From: an uncultured Thermoplasmata archaeon
GTDB lineage: Archaea; Thermoplasmatota; Thermoplasmata; Halarchaeoplasmatales; Halarchaeoplasmataceae
Assembly (NCBI GenBank): GCA_964458595.1
Contig: CAYWJQ010000005.1
Location: 85,298 to 149,297 of the forward strand
DNA: 64,000 bases
Direction: 5' to 3'
The notes under the pieces are model-generated. The model was not told the DNA's origin. It saw nothing but the letters and a program-made list of their open reading frames with translations, and ran no database searches. Made by a program: the position numbers and the translations under genes. Positions 40,119-50,536 of this stretch are shown here, in pieces (within the stretch, counting starts at the first letter, position 1; each line of letters begins with the position of its first letter).

Positions 40119-41342
40119 ATGAAATTGAACTTTTTAGGCGGTGCATCAGAAGTTGGTGCTTTGTCGATGGTGATGCACCATAAAGACGTTTCGCTGATAT
40201 TCGATCACGGGTTGCTGCCGGATGACCCACCTCAATACCCGATGAGGCCTCCACTGGTAGATATGGGTTTTTTGACTCATTCTCACCTGGACCACTGCGG
40301 TATGATGCCCTCACTGGTCAGGCAGAATGACGTACCCATATTATCGAGTCATCCGACTGTTGAAGTCGCTGAATTACTGCTTTACGACAGTTTGAAGATA
40401 GCCGATATAGAAGGATATCCGAAGCATTACGAGAAGATGGATATCAAAGATACTAAAGCTGCATTCGATATCGTAGGATACAACTCAAAAAGGGATATTG
40501 GGGGCTTGGAAGTAGAAGTACATTCGGCCGGACATATACCGGGTTCATGCATGTTCGAACTCAAAGGAGAAGAAACTACGCTTTTCACTGGAGATATCAA
40601 TACTACTAACGCGAGACTTATTTGGGGTACTCATCCAGTAGAATGCGATAATCTCATAATGGAGACGACCTATGGTGGAGAGAACCATCCGGATAGGAAG
40701 GAAACCGAAAAGAAATTTTTGGATAAAATAGACGAAACTTTGGAAAAGGGTGGACAGGTGATCGTGCCCGTCTTCGCGGTTGGCAGAACGCAGGAGATAT
40801 TGATGTTACTGAATGATAGGGACTACGATGTCTGGTACGACGGGATGGGTAGAACGGTCAGCAGGATCTATCTCAATCACGAAGGATTTTTGCGCTCTCC
40901 GAAAAAGCTCCAGAAAGCTATAAGCAACGCTTCAGAAGTCAATTCTCCATCCAGTAGAAAACAGGCGAAGCAGGGAGAGGTCATAGTCACCACCAGCGGG
41001 ATGGTCGAAGGCGGTCCCGTGTTGGAATATCTGAGAGAGATAAGGAACGATCCCAACAGCGCTGTTTTACTTACCGGTTACCAAGTTGAAGGAACAAACG
41101 GAGAGAGACTTCTTGAAAACGGCATGATAAGAGATAAAGGCGCCACGCTTCCGGTTGAATGTGATATAGAAAGATACGACTTTTCCGCACACGCGGGCCA
41201 CGAAGAACTGGTAGAGTTCGCCAAAGGATGCGATCCAGAAAAGATCGTCTTGATGCACGGGGACAAGAGAGAAGAAGTGGCGGACGATCTATCCGAATTC
41301 GACGTGTATATGCCCGAAGAAGGGGAAGAGCTAGAACTGTAA
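40119..41342 (+). CDS. Metallo-beta-lactamase / beta-CASP ribonuclease (aCPSF2-like)
   Basis: The HSHLDH motif and the downstream beta-CASP D/H motifs (TGD..., H at the C-terminus). 407 aa. Confidence 0.75.
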   Translation: MKLNFLGGASEVGALSMVMHHKDVSLIFDHGLLPDDPPQYPMRPPLVDMGFLTHSHLDHCGMMPSLVRQNDVPILSSHPTVEVAELLLYDSLKIADIEGYPKHYEKMDIKDTKAAFDIVGYNSKRDIGGLEVEVHSAGHIPGSCMFELKGEETTLFTGDINTTNARLIWGTHPVECDNLIMETTYGGENHPDRKETEKKFLDKIDETLEKGGQVIVPVFAVGRTQEILMLLNDRDYDVWYDGMGRTVSRIYLNHEGFLRSPKKLQKAISNASEVNSPSSRKQAKQGEVIVTTSGMVEGGPVLEYLREIRNDPNSAVLLTGYQVEGTNGERLLENGMIRDKGATLPVECDIERYDFSAHAGHEELVEFAKGCDPEKIVLMHGDKREEVADDLSEFDVYMPEEGEELEL

Positions 41343-41392
41343 GATCCCCGATATGATATTTAGCCCATAAAATATTTTATAGGGCATCTCCG

Positions 41393-42301
41393 TTGTACTT
41401 CCTATCAATGCAGTGGTACTTCTCCCTTGCAAGATTTATAGTGGGCGCCGGCTTTTTACTCGCGGCCTCGATAAAGGATTTCAGGTCTAGGCGAGTTCCC
41501 GATGAGTTATGGATGCTGATGGGGGCTGTAGCCATGGTGATCCTGGGAGCCGAACTCTGGTTGATAAAGGATGCGAGCTGGGAATACTATTTGATGTTCA
41601 TACCTATAGGCGTTTTATTCGCGGAGGCCTTCGTAGATAGGCCGCGTATTTATCACGAAGGCGAACTCAATTTTAGAGTTCTCGCGTGGCTCATCCTTCC
41701 GATGCTCGTTTATGTTTTCCTGGTCAATAGATTGGGAGGAGAGCTTTTATTCTGGTCTTTGACCATGATCTTGGCCGTGATGCTTTTCTCTTTCGCGCTC
41801 TATTTTTTCTATATAATCCACGGCGGGGCGGACGCTAAAGCGGTGATAACGCTTGCCATACTTTTTCCCTTTTACCCCACCATACCCGAGCTTACTCACC
41901 GCGCTCTATCTATCCAGTTGGTTCCAGTGATGGAGATACTGTTCCCTTTCACCTTGGTAATCTTGTTGAACGCATCCCTAATCGTTCTAGTACTACCGTT
42001 CACTAATCTTTTCATCAATCTTTCCAACGGTGACATCGATTTCCCCAAGATGTTCTTCGGTTACAAGAAGAAAGTGAGCAAGATAGAGGACTCTTTCGTT
42101 TGGCCGATGGAGTATTACGAGAACGGTAAACTAAAGACCGAACTACTTCCGAGGTCTGTATCCGACGAAAGATTAGATTCTCTTAAAAAACATGATAGAA
42201 AGGAAGTGTGGACCACGCCGAAGCTTCCCTTCATCATCCCCATATTGATAGGTTTGATCTTATCCGTCTTGATAGGAAATCCGATTATGTATATAATGTA
42301 A
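41393..42301 (+). CDS. A24-family aspartic prepilin/preflagellin peptidase (PibD/FlaK-like)
   Basis: Polytopic membrane protein with both catalytic-Asp motifs, D..R.VPD (KDFRSRRVPDE) and GGADAK. Confidence 0.6.
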   Translation: MYFLSMQWYFSLARFIVGAGFLLAASIKDFRSRRVPDELWMLMGAVAMVILGAELWLIKDASWEYYLMFIPIGVLFAEAFVDRPRIYHEGELNFRVLAWLILPMLVYVFLVNRLGGELLFWSLTMILAVMLFSFALYFFYIIHGGADAKAVITLAILFPFYPTIPELTHRALSIQLVPVMEILFPFTLVILLNASLIVLVLPFTNLFINLSNGDIDFPKMFFGYKKKVSKIEDSFVWPMEYYENGKLKTELLPRSVSDERLDSLKKHDRKEVWTTPKLPFIIPILIGLILSVLIGNPIMYIM

Positions 42302-42430
42302 ATATATAGATTTGACCGTATCAGCTGTTTTTTAGAGTAGATAATAAAATGTTGCGAAAGCTTTAAATAATACATATCCAACTATCACTATAAAGATTGT
42401 ATCCCCGTATATTTATGGAGGCCTATACTG

Positions 42431-42664
42431 TTGAAAGTGGAAGGTGATGTCAAAAGTGTAGCTGACCAGACTACGCTGATCGCTAAATTCAACACGATTC
42501 CTGAAGTAGGGTCTTCCGTACTCGATAAAAAAAAGAAAGAGATCGGGGAGGTAAGATGGATATTCGGCCCCGTTGATGATCCTTATGTGGAGGTCGGCCT
42601 GGAGTCCGATACGAAGAAAAGGCTCTCCATCCTGAATGAGAAAATCTACGTGGAGGAGATATAG
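42431..42664 (+). CDS. gar1: H/ACA snoRNP protein Gar1
   Basis: 77-aa beta-barrel protein (G.V.......DPYVEV). It sits immediately upstream of tfb, the conserved archaeal gar1-tfb arrangement. Confidence 0.7.
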   Translation: MKVEGDVKSVADQTTLIAKFNTIPEVGSSVLDKKKKEIGEVRWIFGPVDDPYVEVGLESDTKKRLSILNEKIYVEEI

Positions 42665-43618
42665 ATGGAAGAAAAGATCGAAGTGGATGAAAAGGAAAAA
42701 AGTTCCGTTGAAAAAGTTACTGAATGTCCCGAATGCGGCAGTAGGCATTTGGCTCAAGATTATGATAGAGGAGAATTGATCTGTGAAGATTGTGGTCTGG
42801 TTATAGATAATCAATATATCGACGAGGGTCCGGAATGGCGGGCATTCGATATGAAACAGGAGGAAAAGAGAGCTAGAACGGGAGCCCCGATGACCCAGAT
42901 GGTCCACGATAAAGGACTCTCGACGGGCATAGATTCTTCCAATAAAGATTCATATGGAAGGTCGATCCCGAGTAAGAAAAAAGCCCAGATATACAGATTG
43001 AGGAAATGGCAGAGAAGGATAAGGGTCTCCGACGCTACCGAGCGTAATCTAGCTTACGCTTTGACCGAGATGGACAGGATGGCCTCGACCATGGGCCTGC
43101 CTAAAAATATCAGGGAAACCGCCGCGGTCATCTATAGAAAAGCTGTCAAGAAGAACCTTATCAGAGGACGAAGTATAAACAGCGTCGTCGCAGCTTCACT
43201 GTATGCGGCGTGTAGAAAAGCGAGCGTGCCCAGGACATTGGACGAGATCGCGGAAGCTACTTCGTCAGATAGAAAAGAGATAGGCAGGACCTATAGGTTC
43301 CTAAGTAGAGAGCTGGTATTGAAATTGAAACCGACCAAACCTCAGGAATATCTCAGTCGCTTCTGCAGCGAACTAGATCTCAGCGGAAAGGTCCAAAAGA
43401 TGGCGAAGAACATCATCGATCAAGCCGAAGAAAAAGAACTGATCTCGGGTAAAGGACCAACAGGTCTTGCCGCCGCAGCTATCTACATAGCTTCGATAAA
43501 CGGTGGAGAGAGGAGAACGCAGCGTGAGGTCGCAGATGTTGCGGCAGTGACGGAAGTGACTGTCAGGAACAGATACAAAGAACTGGTGGAGAAACTGAAT
43601 ATAGACATAGAAGTGTGA
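42665..43618 (+). CDS. tfb: Transcription initiation factor IIB (TFB)
   Basis: N-terminal Zn ribbon CPECGS...CEDCG, a B-reader/linker, and two cyclin repeats carrying the helix-turn-helix ([13 protein letters not shown]). Confidence 0.9.
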   Translation: MEEKIEVDEKEKSSVEKVTECPECGSRHLAQDYDRGELICEDCGLVIDNQYIDEGPEWRAFDMKQEEKRARTGAPMTQMVHDKGLSTGIDSSNKDSYGRSIPSKKKAQIYRLRKWQRRIRVSDATERNLAYALTEMDRMASTMGLPKNIRETAAVIYRKAVKKNLIRGRSINSVVAASLYAACRKASVPRTLDEIAEATSSDRKEIGRTYRFLSRELVLKLKPTKPQEYLSRFCSELDLSGKVQKMAKNIIDQAEEKELISGKGPTGLAAAAIYIASINGGERRTQREVADVAAVTEVTVRNRYKELVEKLNIDIEV

Positions 43619-43680
43619 ACCCATTTATTTGGCTCTAAACCTTTTTTAATTTAATTGTTTTGATAAAGATTGAAGAGAAG

Positions 43681-43753
43681 CGCCGTCGAGCGGATTCGAA
43701 CCGCTAACCGCTCGGTTAACAGCCGAGTGCTCTGCCAATTGAGCTACGACGGC
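43681..43753 (-). tRNA. tRNA-Asn (anticodon GUU)
   Basis: Manual fold of the reverse complement: acceptor GCCGTCG/CGACGGC, D-arm GCTC/GAGC, anticodon stem CTCGG/CCGAG, loop CTGTTAA, T-arm AGCGG-TTCGAAT-CCGCT and discriminator G. Confidence 0.85.
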
Positions 43754-43796
43754 TTCAGACGTTAAAACTGTAAGAAGAAATCCTATTAAACATTTT

Positions 43797-44126
43797 TTAT
43801 TCCGAGAGCACTTCTATCAGTTCACCTAGAGTACTGTCCATCTTTTCAAGATCTTTCTTCAGTTCTCTCTCGAACTTTGCGTGTTTTTCCGTTAGAGAAG
43901 CCCCGTGTGTAGTGGGTTTGATTATATTATCTTTCTGGAGGAGTCGGAGAGAATATCGAATCTTATGTTCTTCTGTCTCAAGTTTTTTGCTGAGTTTGGT
44001 TATACCGATCGGCTCTTTGTCTTTGACGATATCCAAGATCCTTATAGTTCTTTCTACCATGTCCAACTCCGAGGCTAACTTCTCGGCTAATGAGTTGTCG
44101 CTCATGATCTCACCTTTTAGACTCAT
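43797..44126 (-). CDS. Winged helix-turn-helix transcriptional regulator
   Basis: 109 aa with the HTH IGITKLSKKLETEEHKIRYSLRLLQKDNII and a coiled C-terminus. Confidence 0.5.
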   Translation of the reverse strand: MSLKGEIMSDNSLAEKLASELDMVERTIRILDIVKDKEPIGITKLSKKLETEEHKIRYSLRLLQKDNIIKPTTHGASLTEKHAKFERELKKDLEKMDSTLGELIEVLSE

Positions 44127-44161
44127 GTAGTTATAAAGCTATTGATATATAAATTAAGGGG

Positions 44162-44764
44162 TTATTCCGCCCTTTCACCGTCTTCCCATCTTTCGTAGAG
44201 AGAATGTTCGATATCAAACGAATCTAAAATCTTACCGACCAAAAAATCGACCATATCGTCGATCGAAGAAGGTTCATGATAGAACGCTGGCATCGCGGGA
44301 AGTATAGTTACTCCCTGTTCAGAAAGTCTAGACATATTCTCAAGCCAGGTGGTGCTCAACGGAGTCTCTCTAGGAGTCAAAATCAAGCTTCTATCTTCTT
44401 TTAAGAAAACCGCCGCCGCCCTTGTTATCAAGTTATCGGAGATCCCTGCCGCTATCTTAGATAGGGAAGACATGGAACAGGGAACTATCGCCATCCCGTC
44501 GTAGATCGAGCTTCCAGAAGAAGGTGGTGCTTCAAGATCATCTGGTGCGTGCTCTTTATCGGCCATCACCGAGAGTTCCTCATAGGTGGACTTCAGTTCC
44601 TTTTCGATGAGTTCTCTTCCCGCCTCCGATACGATGAGTTCTACATGCGTGTCATCCTTCTGAGATAAGGCCTCGAGAAGTTTTTTGCCGTATCTCACGC
44701 CGGATGCGCCCGTGATCGCCAATAATAATCTCATATCTCTTAATTCATCTATCGCTATAAACAA
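44162..44764 (-). CDS. ubiX: Flavin prenyltransferase UbiX/Pad1 family
   Basis: The ITGASG flavin-binding N-terminus, VPCSMSSL, and a fold of about 190 aa. Confidence 0.8.
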   Translation of the reverse strand: MFIAIDELRDMRLLLAITGASGVRYGKKLLEALSQKDDTHVELIVSEAGRELIEKELKSTYEELSVMADKEHAPDDLEAPPSSGSSIYDGMAIVPCSMSSLSKIAAGISDNLITRAAAVFLKEDRSLILTPRETPLSTTWLENMSRLSEQGVTILPAMPAFYHEPSSIDDMVDFLVGKILDSFDIEHSLYERWEDGERAE

Positions 44765-44774
44765 ATTTTGGGAC

Positions 44775-46253
44775 TCAAAAATCCATCACCATCTTCTCGT
44801 AATTTGCGGCCGATCTCTTGATCAAGGCGAAAAACACTAAAGCGCTGACGCCGGCCATGGATATCTCGGCTAAGAGGCCCCAAGAAGGGGATATCCTAAA
44901 GATATAAGCGGGTCCGCCGATGAAAACGACCGATGATATCAACCCGGTTACCATCGTCGTGTACATAGTGGTCACGTCCGGAGCCCCATTAGAACTCTCT
45001 TCAAAATTCGGAAACTTTACGGCGGCCCATATCCCCAGCCCGGTAAGAAGAAATATCATGAGGATTGAAGCAAATATCAAAAAGAAGAGTCTGTAAACCG
45101 AATAAGAGAGGACTAGAGGAAGGGGCAGAGCGATCAAAATCGTGATGACCGGGCTGTAAACCAATACGGCTAAGGCTTTACCCCAGAGGATGTCCTCCGT
45201 TTCCACCGGTACGGTTTTCAAGATCCAGAAAGCCTGTCCTTCTCTACCGAATAACGAGAGAGAAGGAAAGACTATCTGAAGGATAACGGCTAGAAAGATA
45301 GAGATTGTTATCAAAAGCGGATAGAGATACGGACCGAGTTCCAGGCCTAGATCAGGTGAAGGGCCGAGTTGAATATAAAAGAAGAACAGACCGACCGCTA
45401 TCATCCCCGTGACGGCTACGCCTGCTGGACTTTCTTTTCTGCGCCATCTGTCGAGTATCTCCTTTTCAGCCACCATCCTGGTCGAAAAGGGTATGTATTT
45501 CGGTAAAAAGTCACCCGGATCGTGAAATCTGAAACCTTCGTCGGTGGAGCTGGTGGTCCCATGTTTCCATGAACTCCAGAACAGGTCTTTAGAGAGAATT
45601 AAGAAGAGGGCGGAAACAGCGCCGAGGATGATCAGATAAAAAGAGGTCCTGGTTAGTGACATGTTTAGATGAAGAACGAACCATATGAGAGTCAGATTCT
45701 GACCGTAGATGAATAGAGGTACAAATTTTTTTAGGGTGCCCTTTATCTGAGTTATCACTCCGAGATTGAAACCTATGACGGGGGAGATGATGACCAAAAT
45801 ATAAAGTTCATAGAAGAAGGACTTACTGACTGGAGGGGCAAAGTCGAATAAAGGGATCAATACTGCGACGATCGAAAGAGAAATCGCCACGAGCAGAAGA
45901 TTATACCAGAACACTTTCAAAAATCTCGATAATTGGACTTGCCTGGTCGAGATAGAAGTAGAAAAATAATGTTTCAGTCTTTTATTCCTCAAAGTGTTTT
46001 CAACTGTTTCGACGGATGCCTTTGACATTATCACGAAAAATACGGTGAAGAGAACGTCGCTTTCGGAAAGCGTGATCAACGGATCTTCTATGCCCTTGGC
46101 CAACTCTACCATCATCAAGATAGTCCAAAATCCAACCACGAGAAGGATGATGAACCATCCGGTCATTATCGGTCTATCTTTGGTCCTGTACCTGAAAGCT
46201 CTAAAAGACTGCTTTACCTCGGTAGAGAAGAGCTCAAGCGTCCCTCCTTTCAT
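44775..46253 (-). CDS. ABC-2-type transporter permease (large polytopic membrane protein)
   Basis: 492 aa with about 10 TM. It overlaps the stop of the upstream ABC ATPase gene, which indicates an operon. Confidence 0.5.
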   Translation of the reverse strand: MKGGTLELFSTEVKQSFRAFRYRTKDRPIMTGWFIILLVVGFWTILMMVELAKGIEDPLITLSESDVLFTVFFVIMSKASVETVENTLRNKRLKHYFSTSISTRQVQLSRFLKVFWYNLLLVAISLSIVAVLIPLFDFAPPVSKSFFYELYILVIISPVIGFNLGVITQIKGTLKKFVPLFIYGQNLTLIWFVLHLNMSLTRTSFYLIILGAVSALFLILSKDLFWSSWKHGTTSSTDEGFRFHDPGDFLPKYIPFSTRMVAEKEILDRWRRKESPAGVAVTGMIAVGLFFFYIQLGPSPDLGLELGPYLYPLLITISIFLAVILQIVFPSLSLFGREGQAFWILKTVPVETEDILWGKALAVLVYSPVITILIALPLPLVLSYSVYRLFFLIFASILMIFLLTGLGIWAAVKFPNFEESSNGAPDVTTMYTTMVTGLISSVVFIGGPAYIFRISPSWGLLAEISMAGVSALVFFALIKRSAANYEKMVMDF

Positions 46254-46962
46254 TTTTTATCACTTCCACGAATACCTCTTCAAGGGAATCGGTTCCGGTT
46301 TTATCCATCAGTTCGGAGGGAGATCCCGTAACCACCAACCGACCGTTATCTATTATACCTACAGTATCGGCGATATCTTCCGCTACCGAAGTAATATGGG
46401 TGGTCATCAGGACCGTTTTATCGTCACGGGAAAATTCTGAAATCTTTTTCTTCATATATTGACTGTATCTCGGATCTAGTCCGACAGTCGGCTCATCGAG
46501 GATAAGATTCGGAGGGTCGTGTATTATAGCGTTGATGAAGAGTATCTTCTGCTTCATCCCTTTAGAATAGGCCCCCATCTCTGAATGCATCCTTTCGTCC
46601 AGTTCCAATTCCTCTGAAAACTCCTCTATCTTTTCTTTCAATGTACTTTCGTCTACCTGCTTAAGGGTGCCCATGATCTGCAAGAATTCCCTTCCGGTCA
46701 ACCTATCATAAAGATGTGGCTGTTCCGGCATGTAACCGAATCTTTTCTTTGAATCGACGTCTTCACTCACTTTCTTTCCGTCTATCAGAGCGGATCCGCT
46801 AGTCGATTCTAAAAGCCCGGTAAGTATCTTGATTATGGTAGTCTTCCCGGCTCCATTGGAGCCCAAAAGACAGAATATCTGATTACCCTCTACTTTAAAA
46901 TCGACGTCCTTAACGGCTTCGATCTTTCCATAACTTTTGCGAAGTCGCTTTATCTCTATCAT
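46234..46962 (-). CDS. ABC transporter ATP-binding protein
   Basis: Walker A GSNGAGKTT, the ABC signature region, Walker B ILDEPTVGLD and the H-loop. Confidence 0.85.
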   Translation of the reverse strand: MIEIKRLRKSYGKIEAVKDVDFKVEGNQIFCLLGSNGAGKTTIIKILTGLLESTSGSALIDGKKVSEDVDSKKRFGYMPEQPHLYDRLTGREFLQIMGTLKQVDESTLKEKIEEFSEELELDERMHSEMGAYSKGMKQKILFINAIIHDPPNLILDEPTVGLDPRYSQYMKKKISEFSRDDKTVLMTTHITSVAEDIADTVGIIDNGRLVVTGSPSELMDKTGTDSLEEVFVEVIKNERRDA

Positions 46963-46968
46963 CTGATC

Positions 46969-47922
46969 CTAGTTTCTAGAGTGACGGATGAACCCGCTGC
47001 AGGGGACTATCTCCACCCCTCGATCTTCCAATTCGTCTAGGAGAATATTCAGTCCAAGAGAATCGCTGGCCATATGTCCTGCTATCACGTAATTTATATG
47101 ATTGTCCTCGACTTTTTCACGGTGGTCCTCGCTGAGGTGCATCCCTATTATCGTTCCAACACCTGCTTCGGCCAATTTTTCATAAGACTTCTCGCTGCCC
47201 TCGGTTCCGCCGGTCATCTCTACAACGACTTTTCCGGCTCGGTTGTCTTCACTTCCTACTAAAAGGTCGGGTCCAGCATTGAATTTTCTCGCTTCATGAT
47301 ATTCGGGCACGTCTTTCAGAAAATCCATCACATCACTTACTTTCTCAAATTCTTTATCTTCCACTTCATCCATCAGATAAGATTCGACCAGGTTGTCGGT
47401 TATAGTATGCAGACACATCATAGGGATATCCAGTAACTTAGCTGCATCTAAACTCTGATTGAAGTTGGCGCCTTTTATACCTCTTTCGACCTCTTTCATC
47501 CTCTCTTTGACTAGACTCTCGGCGACGTTTATAGGGACGCCCCATTCTTCTAACATGTCTTTCTGAAGATCCATGACTTCATAAAGTGAAGCCAATCCGA
47601 CACCTCTAGGATGATGTCCGATGATGAGATCGATATCTTCTCCCTTTTCCGATAAGCGATCAGCTAATAGTACTTCTCCGGTATCGATATTTATTCCCAC
47701 CATCACTTTCTCCACTTCAGTTTGAGGGTCGCCGTACAGAAGCCTTGAATCCTGAAATGGATTTTTCATCCTCTGTTCATCGAATACCTCTTTATCTCTA
47801 CCTTCCAACTCTTCATATTCTTCTTTAGCTTCTTCTAGCTCTTCATCAAGCCTTTCCTCACCCCTCACATCATTTTTCATTCCTTTTTCAATGGCTAAGT
47901 CATAGATATCTTCCAGCTTCAT
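46969..47922 (-). CDS. NIF3/YbgI-family dinuclear-metal protein (GTP cyclohydrolase 1 type 2 homolog)
   Basis: The IIGHHP motif and the C-terminal AGHMASD metal-binding motif typical of Nif3. Confidence 0.7.
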   Translation of the reverse strand: MKLEDIYDLAIEKGMKNDVRGEERLDEELEEAKEEYEELEGRDKEVFDEQRMKNPFQDSRLLYGDPQTEVEKVMVGINIDTGEVLLADRLSEKGEDIDLIIGHHPRGVGLASLYEVMDLQKDMLEEWGVPINVAESLVKERMKEVERGIKGANFNQSLDAAKLLDIPMMCLHTITDNLVESYLMDEVEDKEFEKVSDVMDFLKDVPEYHEARKFNAGPDLLVGSEDNRAGKVVVEMTGGTEGSEKSYEKLAEAGVGTIIGMHLSEDHREKVEDNHINYVIAGHMASDSLGLNILLDELEDRGVEIVPCSGFIRHSRN

Positions 47923-47978
47923 TGTACCAAAAAAAGATTGAGAGGGAACATTATATTTTTTTGCATCTGAAATGAAAA

Positions 47979-48800
47979 CTATCGGAGGATATGTTTTTTC
48001 AATGCCGAGGAGACCCCGTTTTCACGACATCTCGGTGCTGTTTCGTCCGCGGATTCCTTCACGAATTCCGGCGCGTTCCCCATAGCGATCCCAGTCCCGG
48101 CCTCTTCTATCATCTCGATATCTACCTGATCATCTCCTATCGCAAGTACTTCTTTCAGAGATATACCCATCTCGTCACAGACCAATTCCAGTCCGCTGGC
48201 TTTATTCACAGCTTGATCGTATATAGTCAAGGTGAGCAGTTCTCCTCCTCTATGATGGCCGTCCACCCTGACCTTGTCTTCGTAATTCTCCGTGACGAAC
48301 TTCCGCAGATCTTTCAAAGCCTCTAGATCGTTCTCCGACCTGTGGATCATGAAGTTTATAGGTTCCCCATATTCCAACGCTTTTGAGTTTTCATCTACGA
48401 TCCTGATCTTCGGATCATCAGATCGTTCCATCTCATCCATGGTTCGACAAACCATCTCGTCGAATATGATCGAAAATCTGTGACCTCTTTCGTCTGCCCT
48501 GGATATTATGGCTTTTGATATATCTGGATCCAATCTTATATTTCGATGCTCCCTAATGTCTTCAGGTCGATCCCATCCGGATCCGAGAACCCTAGCACCG
48601 TTATTACAGACGAGCGGATAATTGTGAAGTCCCAATCCATCTAAGAGTCGTTCAGAGGAAAGTCTTATTCTAGTAGTGGCCGGGACGACGGGATAACCTC
48701 TTCGTATCACTTTCTTTAGGGTTTCTTTATTTTCCTCGCTGATATCTCTATCGTCGACCAGCGTCCCGTCGAGGTCCAAAGCGATCAATTTGATAGCCAT
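47979..48800 (-). CDS. HAD-superfamily hydrolase, Cof-like (HAD-IIB) sugar-phosphatase
   Basis: Motif I DLDGTL and the C-terminal GDDQVD...GNA motifs. 273 aa. Confidence 0.8.
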   Translation of the reverse strand: MAIKLIALDLDGTLVDDRDISEENKETLKKVIRRGYPVVPATTRIRLSSERLLDGLGLHNYPLVCNNGARVLGSGWDRPEDIREHRNIRLDPDISKAIISRADERGHRFSIIFDEMVCRTMDEMERSDDPKIRIVDENSKALEYGEPINFMIHRSENDLEALKDLRKFVTENYEDKVRVDGHHRGGELLTLTIYDQAVNKASGLELVCDEMGISLKEVLAIGDDQVDIEMIEEAGTGIAMGNAPEFVKESADETAPRCRENGVSSALKKHILR

Positions 48801-48890
48801 CGAAAAGAAATCATCGTACTCTAGTATAATCTTTTCGTTCTACGATACGTAAAGTCTGTCAAGGGTAGATTCAACCACTCAAAGTCAAAG

Positions 48891-49409
48891 GTGCATCGGA
48901 AAATATTTTTTATCAGGTTATTAATTCCATATCGTATGGTCAAGATCCTAGACAGGAAACTAAGTAAGGAAACGCTGAAACATTATCTTGGTCAAAGCGT
49001 GTTAGCCGCCGTGGTATTATTTTTTGGACTGAATCTACCTTTCCTGAAAGATATAGTATTGGTCGCCGCGGTCGGCTCCTCGGCCTTCGTGGTTTTCGCC
49101 ATGCCGAGCAGTAAAACTTCAAATCCTCGGAACGTAATAGGTAGTCACTTGATCTGTGGACTGATCGGTTTCAGCTTCTATAATCTATACCCGACTTTTT
49201 TACCTCTGGAGGCGGCGGTTTCGATAGCGCTCGGAGTAGCCATGTTCGCCATGGTTTCACTTTGGGTAGAACATCCCCCGGCAGGAGGAACTGTTATCTA
49301 TTTTGTTCTCCATCCCCGTCTCGAAGCCTTCGTCTCTTTGTTACTCCTCGCCAGTATAATGGCCACTTTGTCTTATGTTATCAGACCATATCTGAAGGAC
49401 CTAGTCTGA
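48891..49409 (+). CDS. HPP-family membrane protein
   Basis: 4 TM and the conserved HPPAGGT motif. The true start may be the downstream Met (MVKIL...). Confidence 0.6.
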   Translation: MHRKIFFIRLLIPYRMVKILDRKLSKETLKHYLGQSVLAAVVLFFGLNLPFLKDIVLVAAVGSSAFVVFAMPSSKTSNPRNVIGSHLICGLIGFSFYNLYPTFLPLEAAVSIALGVAMFAMVSLWVEHPPAGGTVIYFVLHPRLEAFVSLLLLASIMATLSYVIRPYLKDLV

Positions 49410-49442
49410 CTTGCCTCTAGAAATCAAAGATTGTTTTCTTAA

Positions 49443-49808
49443 ATGCTCTCACAAAGAATATATAAGGCCCATATAATATGTGAAATCGATACTTTGAGTA
49501 ATGGAGACGAAGACGAAGTCGTTAGGGTGCCGTATCCTGACCGAGACGAAGGACAGATGTTCGCTATAGCAGACAAGATGCTGGGAGGAGCCAGAGTTAG
49601 AGTCATATGCGAGGACGGCGAATCTCGAATGGGTAGAATCCCGGGCAAACTCAAAAAGAGGATGTGGATCAGGGAAGATGATCTACTGATCGTTGATCCA
49701 TGGGACTTTCAGGATGAAAAATGCGATATAGAGTACCGATATACCAGAACACAGGTGAACTACCTGCAGAACAATAATGATATACCGAACAGTTTAGACG
49801 TGTTCTGA
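49443..49808 (+). CDS. eif1a: Translation initiation factor 1A (aIF-1A)
   Basis: The S1-like OB fold: RVP.P....QMFAIADKMLGGARVRVICEDG..R.GRIPGKLKKRMWIREDDLLIVDPWDFQD.K.DI.YRY. The likely true start is TTG 49494, which gives about 104 aa. Confidence 0.85.
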   Translation: MLSQRIYKAHIICEIDTLSNGDEDEVVRVPYPDRDEGQMFAIADKMLGGARVRVICEDGESRMGRIPGKLKKRMWIREDDLLIVDPWDFQDEKCDIEYRYTRTQVNYLQNNNDIPNSLDVF

Positions 49809-49854
49809 GATCTTTTTTCCGAAAGTTTTTTTGCCTGAACAAAGATAAAGAAAT

Positions 49855-50028
49855 ATGAAAAGAAGTCTGCTAGATATACTTCGATGTCCTGAATGCAAGG
49901 GTGGATTGGATCTAACCGTTGAGAGAGAAGAGGATGAAATAGAGGAAGGTACTCTGCACTGTGAGAAATGCGGAATCGATTATCCGATAGAAGATGGTAT
50001 ACCCAATATGCTTCCGCCCGACGAGTGA
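49855..50028 (+). CDS. Trm112-like small zinc-ribbon protein (57 aa), absent from the ORF track
   Basis: ATG 49855 to TGA 50028 translates as MKRSLLDILRCPECKGGLDL...LHCEKCGIDYPIEDGIPNMLPPDE, which is the Trm112/DUF343 signature (ILRCP.CKG.L ... C.kCg..YPI.DGIPnML). Confidence 0.6.
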   Translation: MKRSLLDILRCPECKGGLDLTVEREEDEIEEGTLHCEKCGIDYPIEDGIPNMLPPDE

Positions 50029-50041
50029 GCTTTAAAGCTTA

Positions 50042-50536
50042 CTACATGTATTCTTTCTGTATCTCGACTATCTCTGAGCTGCTTTCGGCTTCCCTGTACT
50101 CCTCTAGAGGCTCCTCGTTCATCTCTATAAAATGTTCTCCCCAGCTGAATTGGGATAATATATCTTTAGCCTGGTCAACTTCGTCGAGTATGTAAAGTGC
50201 CGAGGCAAGCGCTTCCGCCGTCGTCAGTTGGAACGCGTTTCCATAATTCACTGGATTTACAGCGACTAGATACGGTAGAGCTCTACCGTTTTCGTATTCA
50301 GGTATCTTGTCATCTGCTTCTGTCCAGGTGCAGTCGATCGCCCTGATGCCTCCTTCTTCCGCTTTTTCTTTATCATCTGGAGATATAGCTTTTTCCGCTA
50401 AGGGGTTGAGGTAAATGCCGCCCTCACCCAGCTCTCTGTCGTTCACTATCTTTTCCGCAACTCCTTTATCTAACAGTTTTCTAGCTGTACACTTATCAGG
50501 GTCGCATTCTCGATAATCCAATATTAGGAGATTCAT
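50042..50536 (-). CDS. tsr3: rRNA aminocarboxypropyltransferase Tsr3 (DUF367/RLI-N-associated)
   Basis: 164 aa with the N-terminal ILDYRECDPDKCTARKL and AIDCTW motifs typical of Tsr3. Confidence 0.7.
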   Translation of the reverse strand: MNLLILDYRECDPDKCTARKLLDKGVAEKIVNDRELGEGGIYLNPLAEKAISPDDKEKAEEGGIRAIDCTWTEADDKIPEYENGRALPYLVAVNPVNYGNAFQLTTAEALASALYILDEVDQAKDILSQFSWGEHFIEMNEEPLEEYREAESSSEIVEIQKEYM

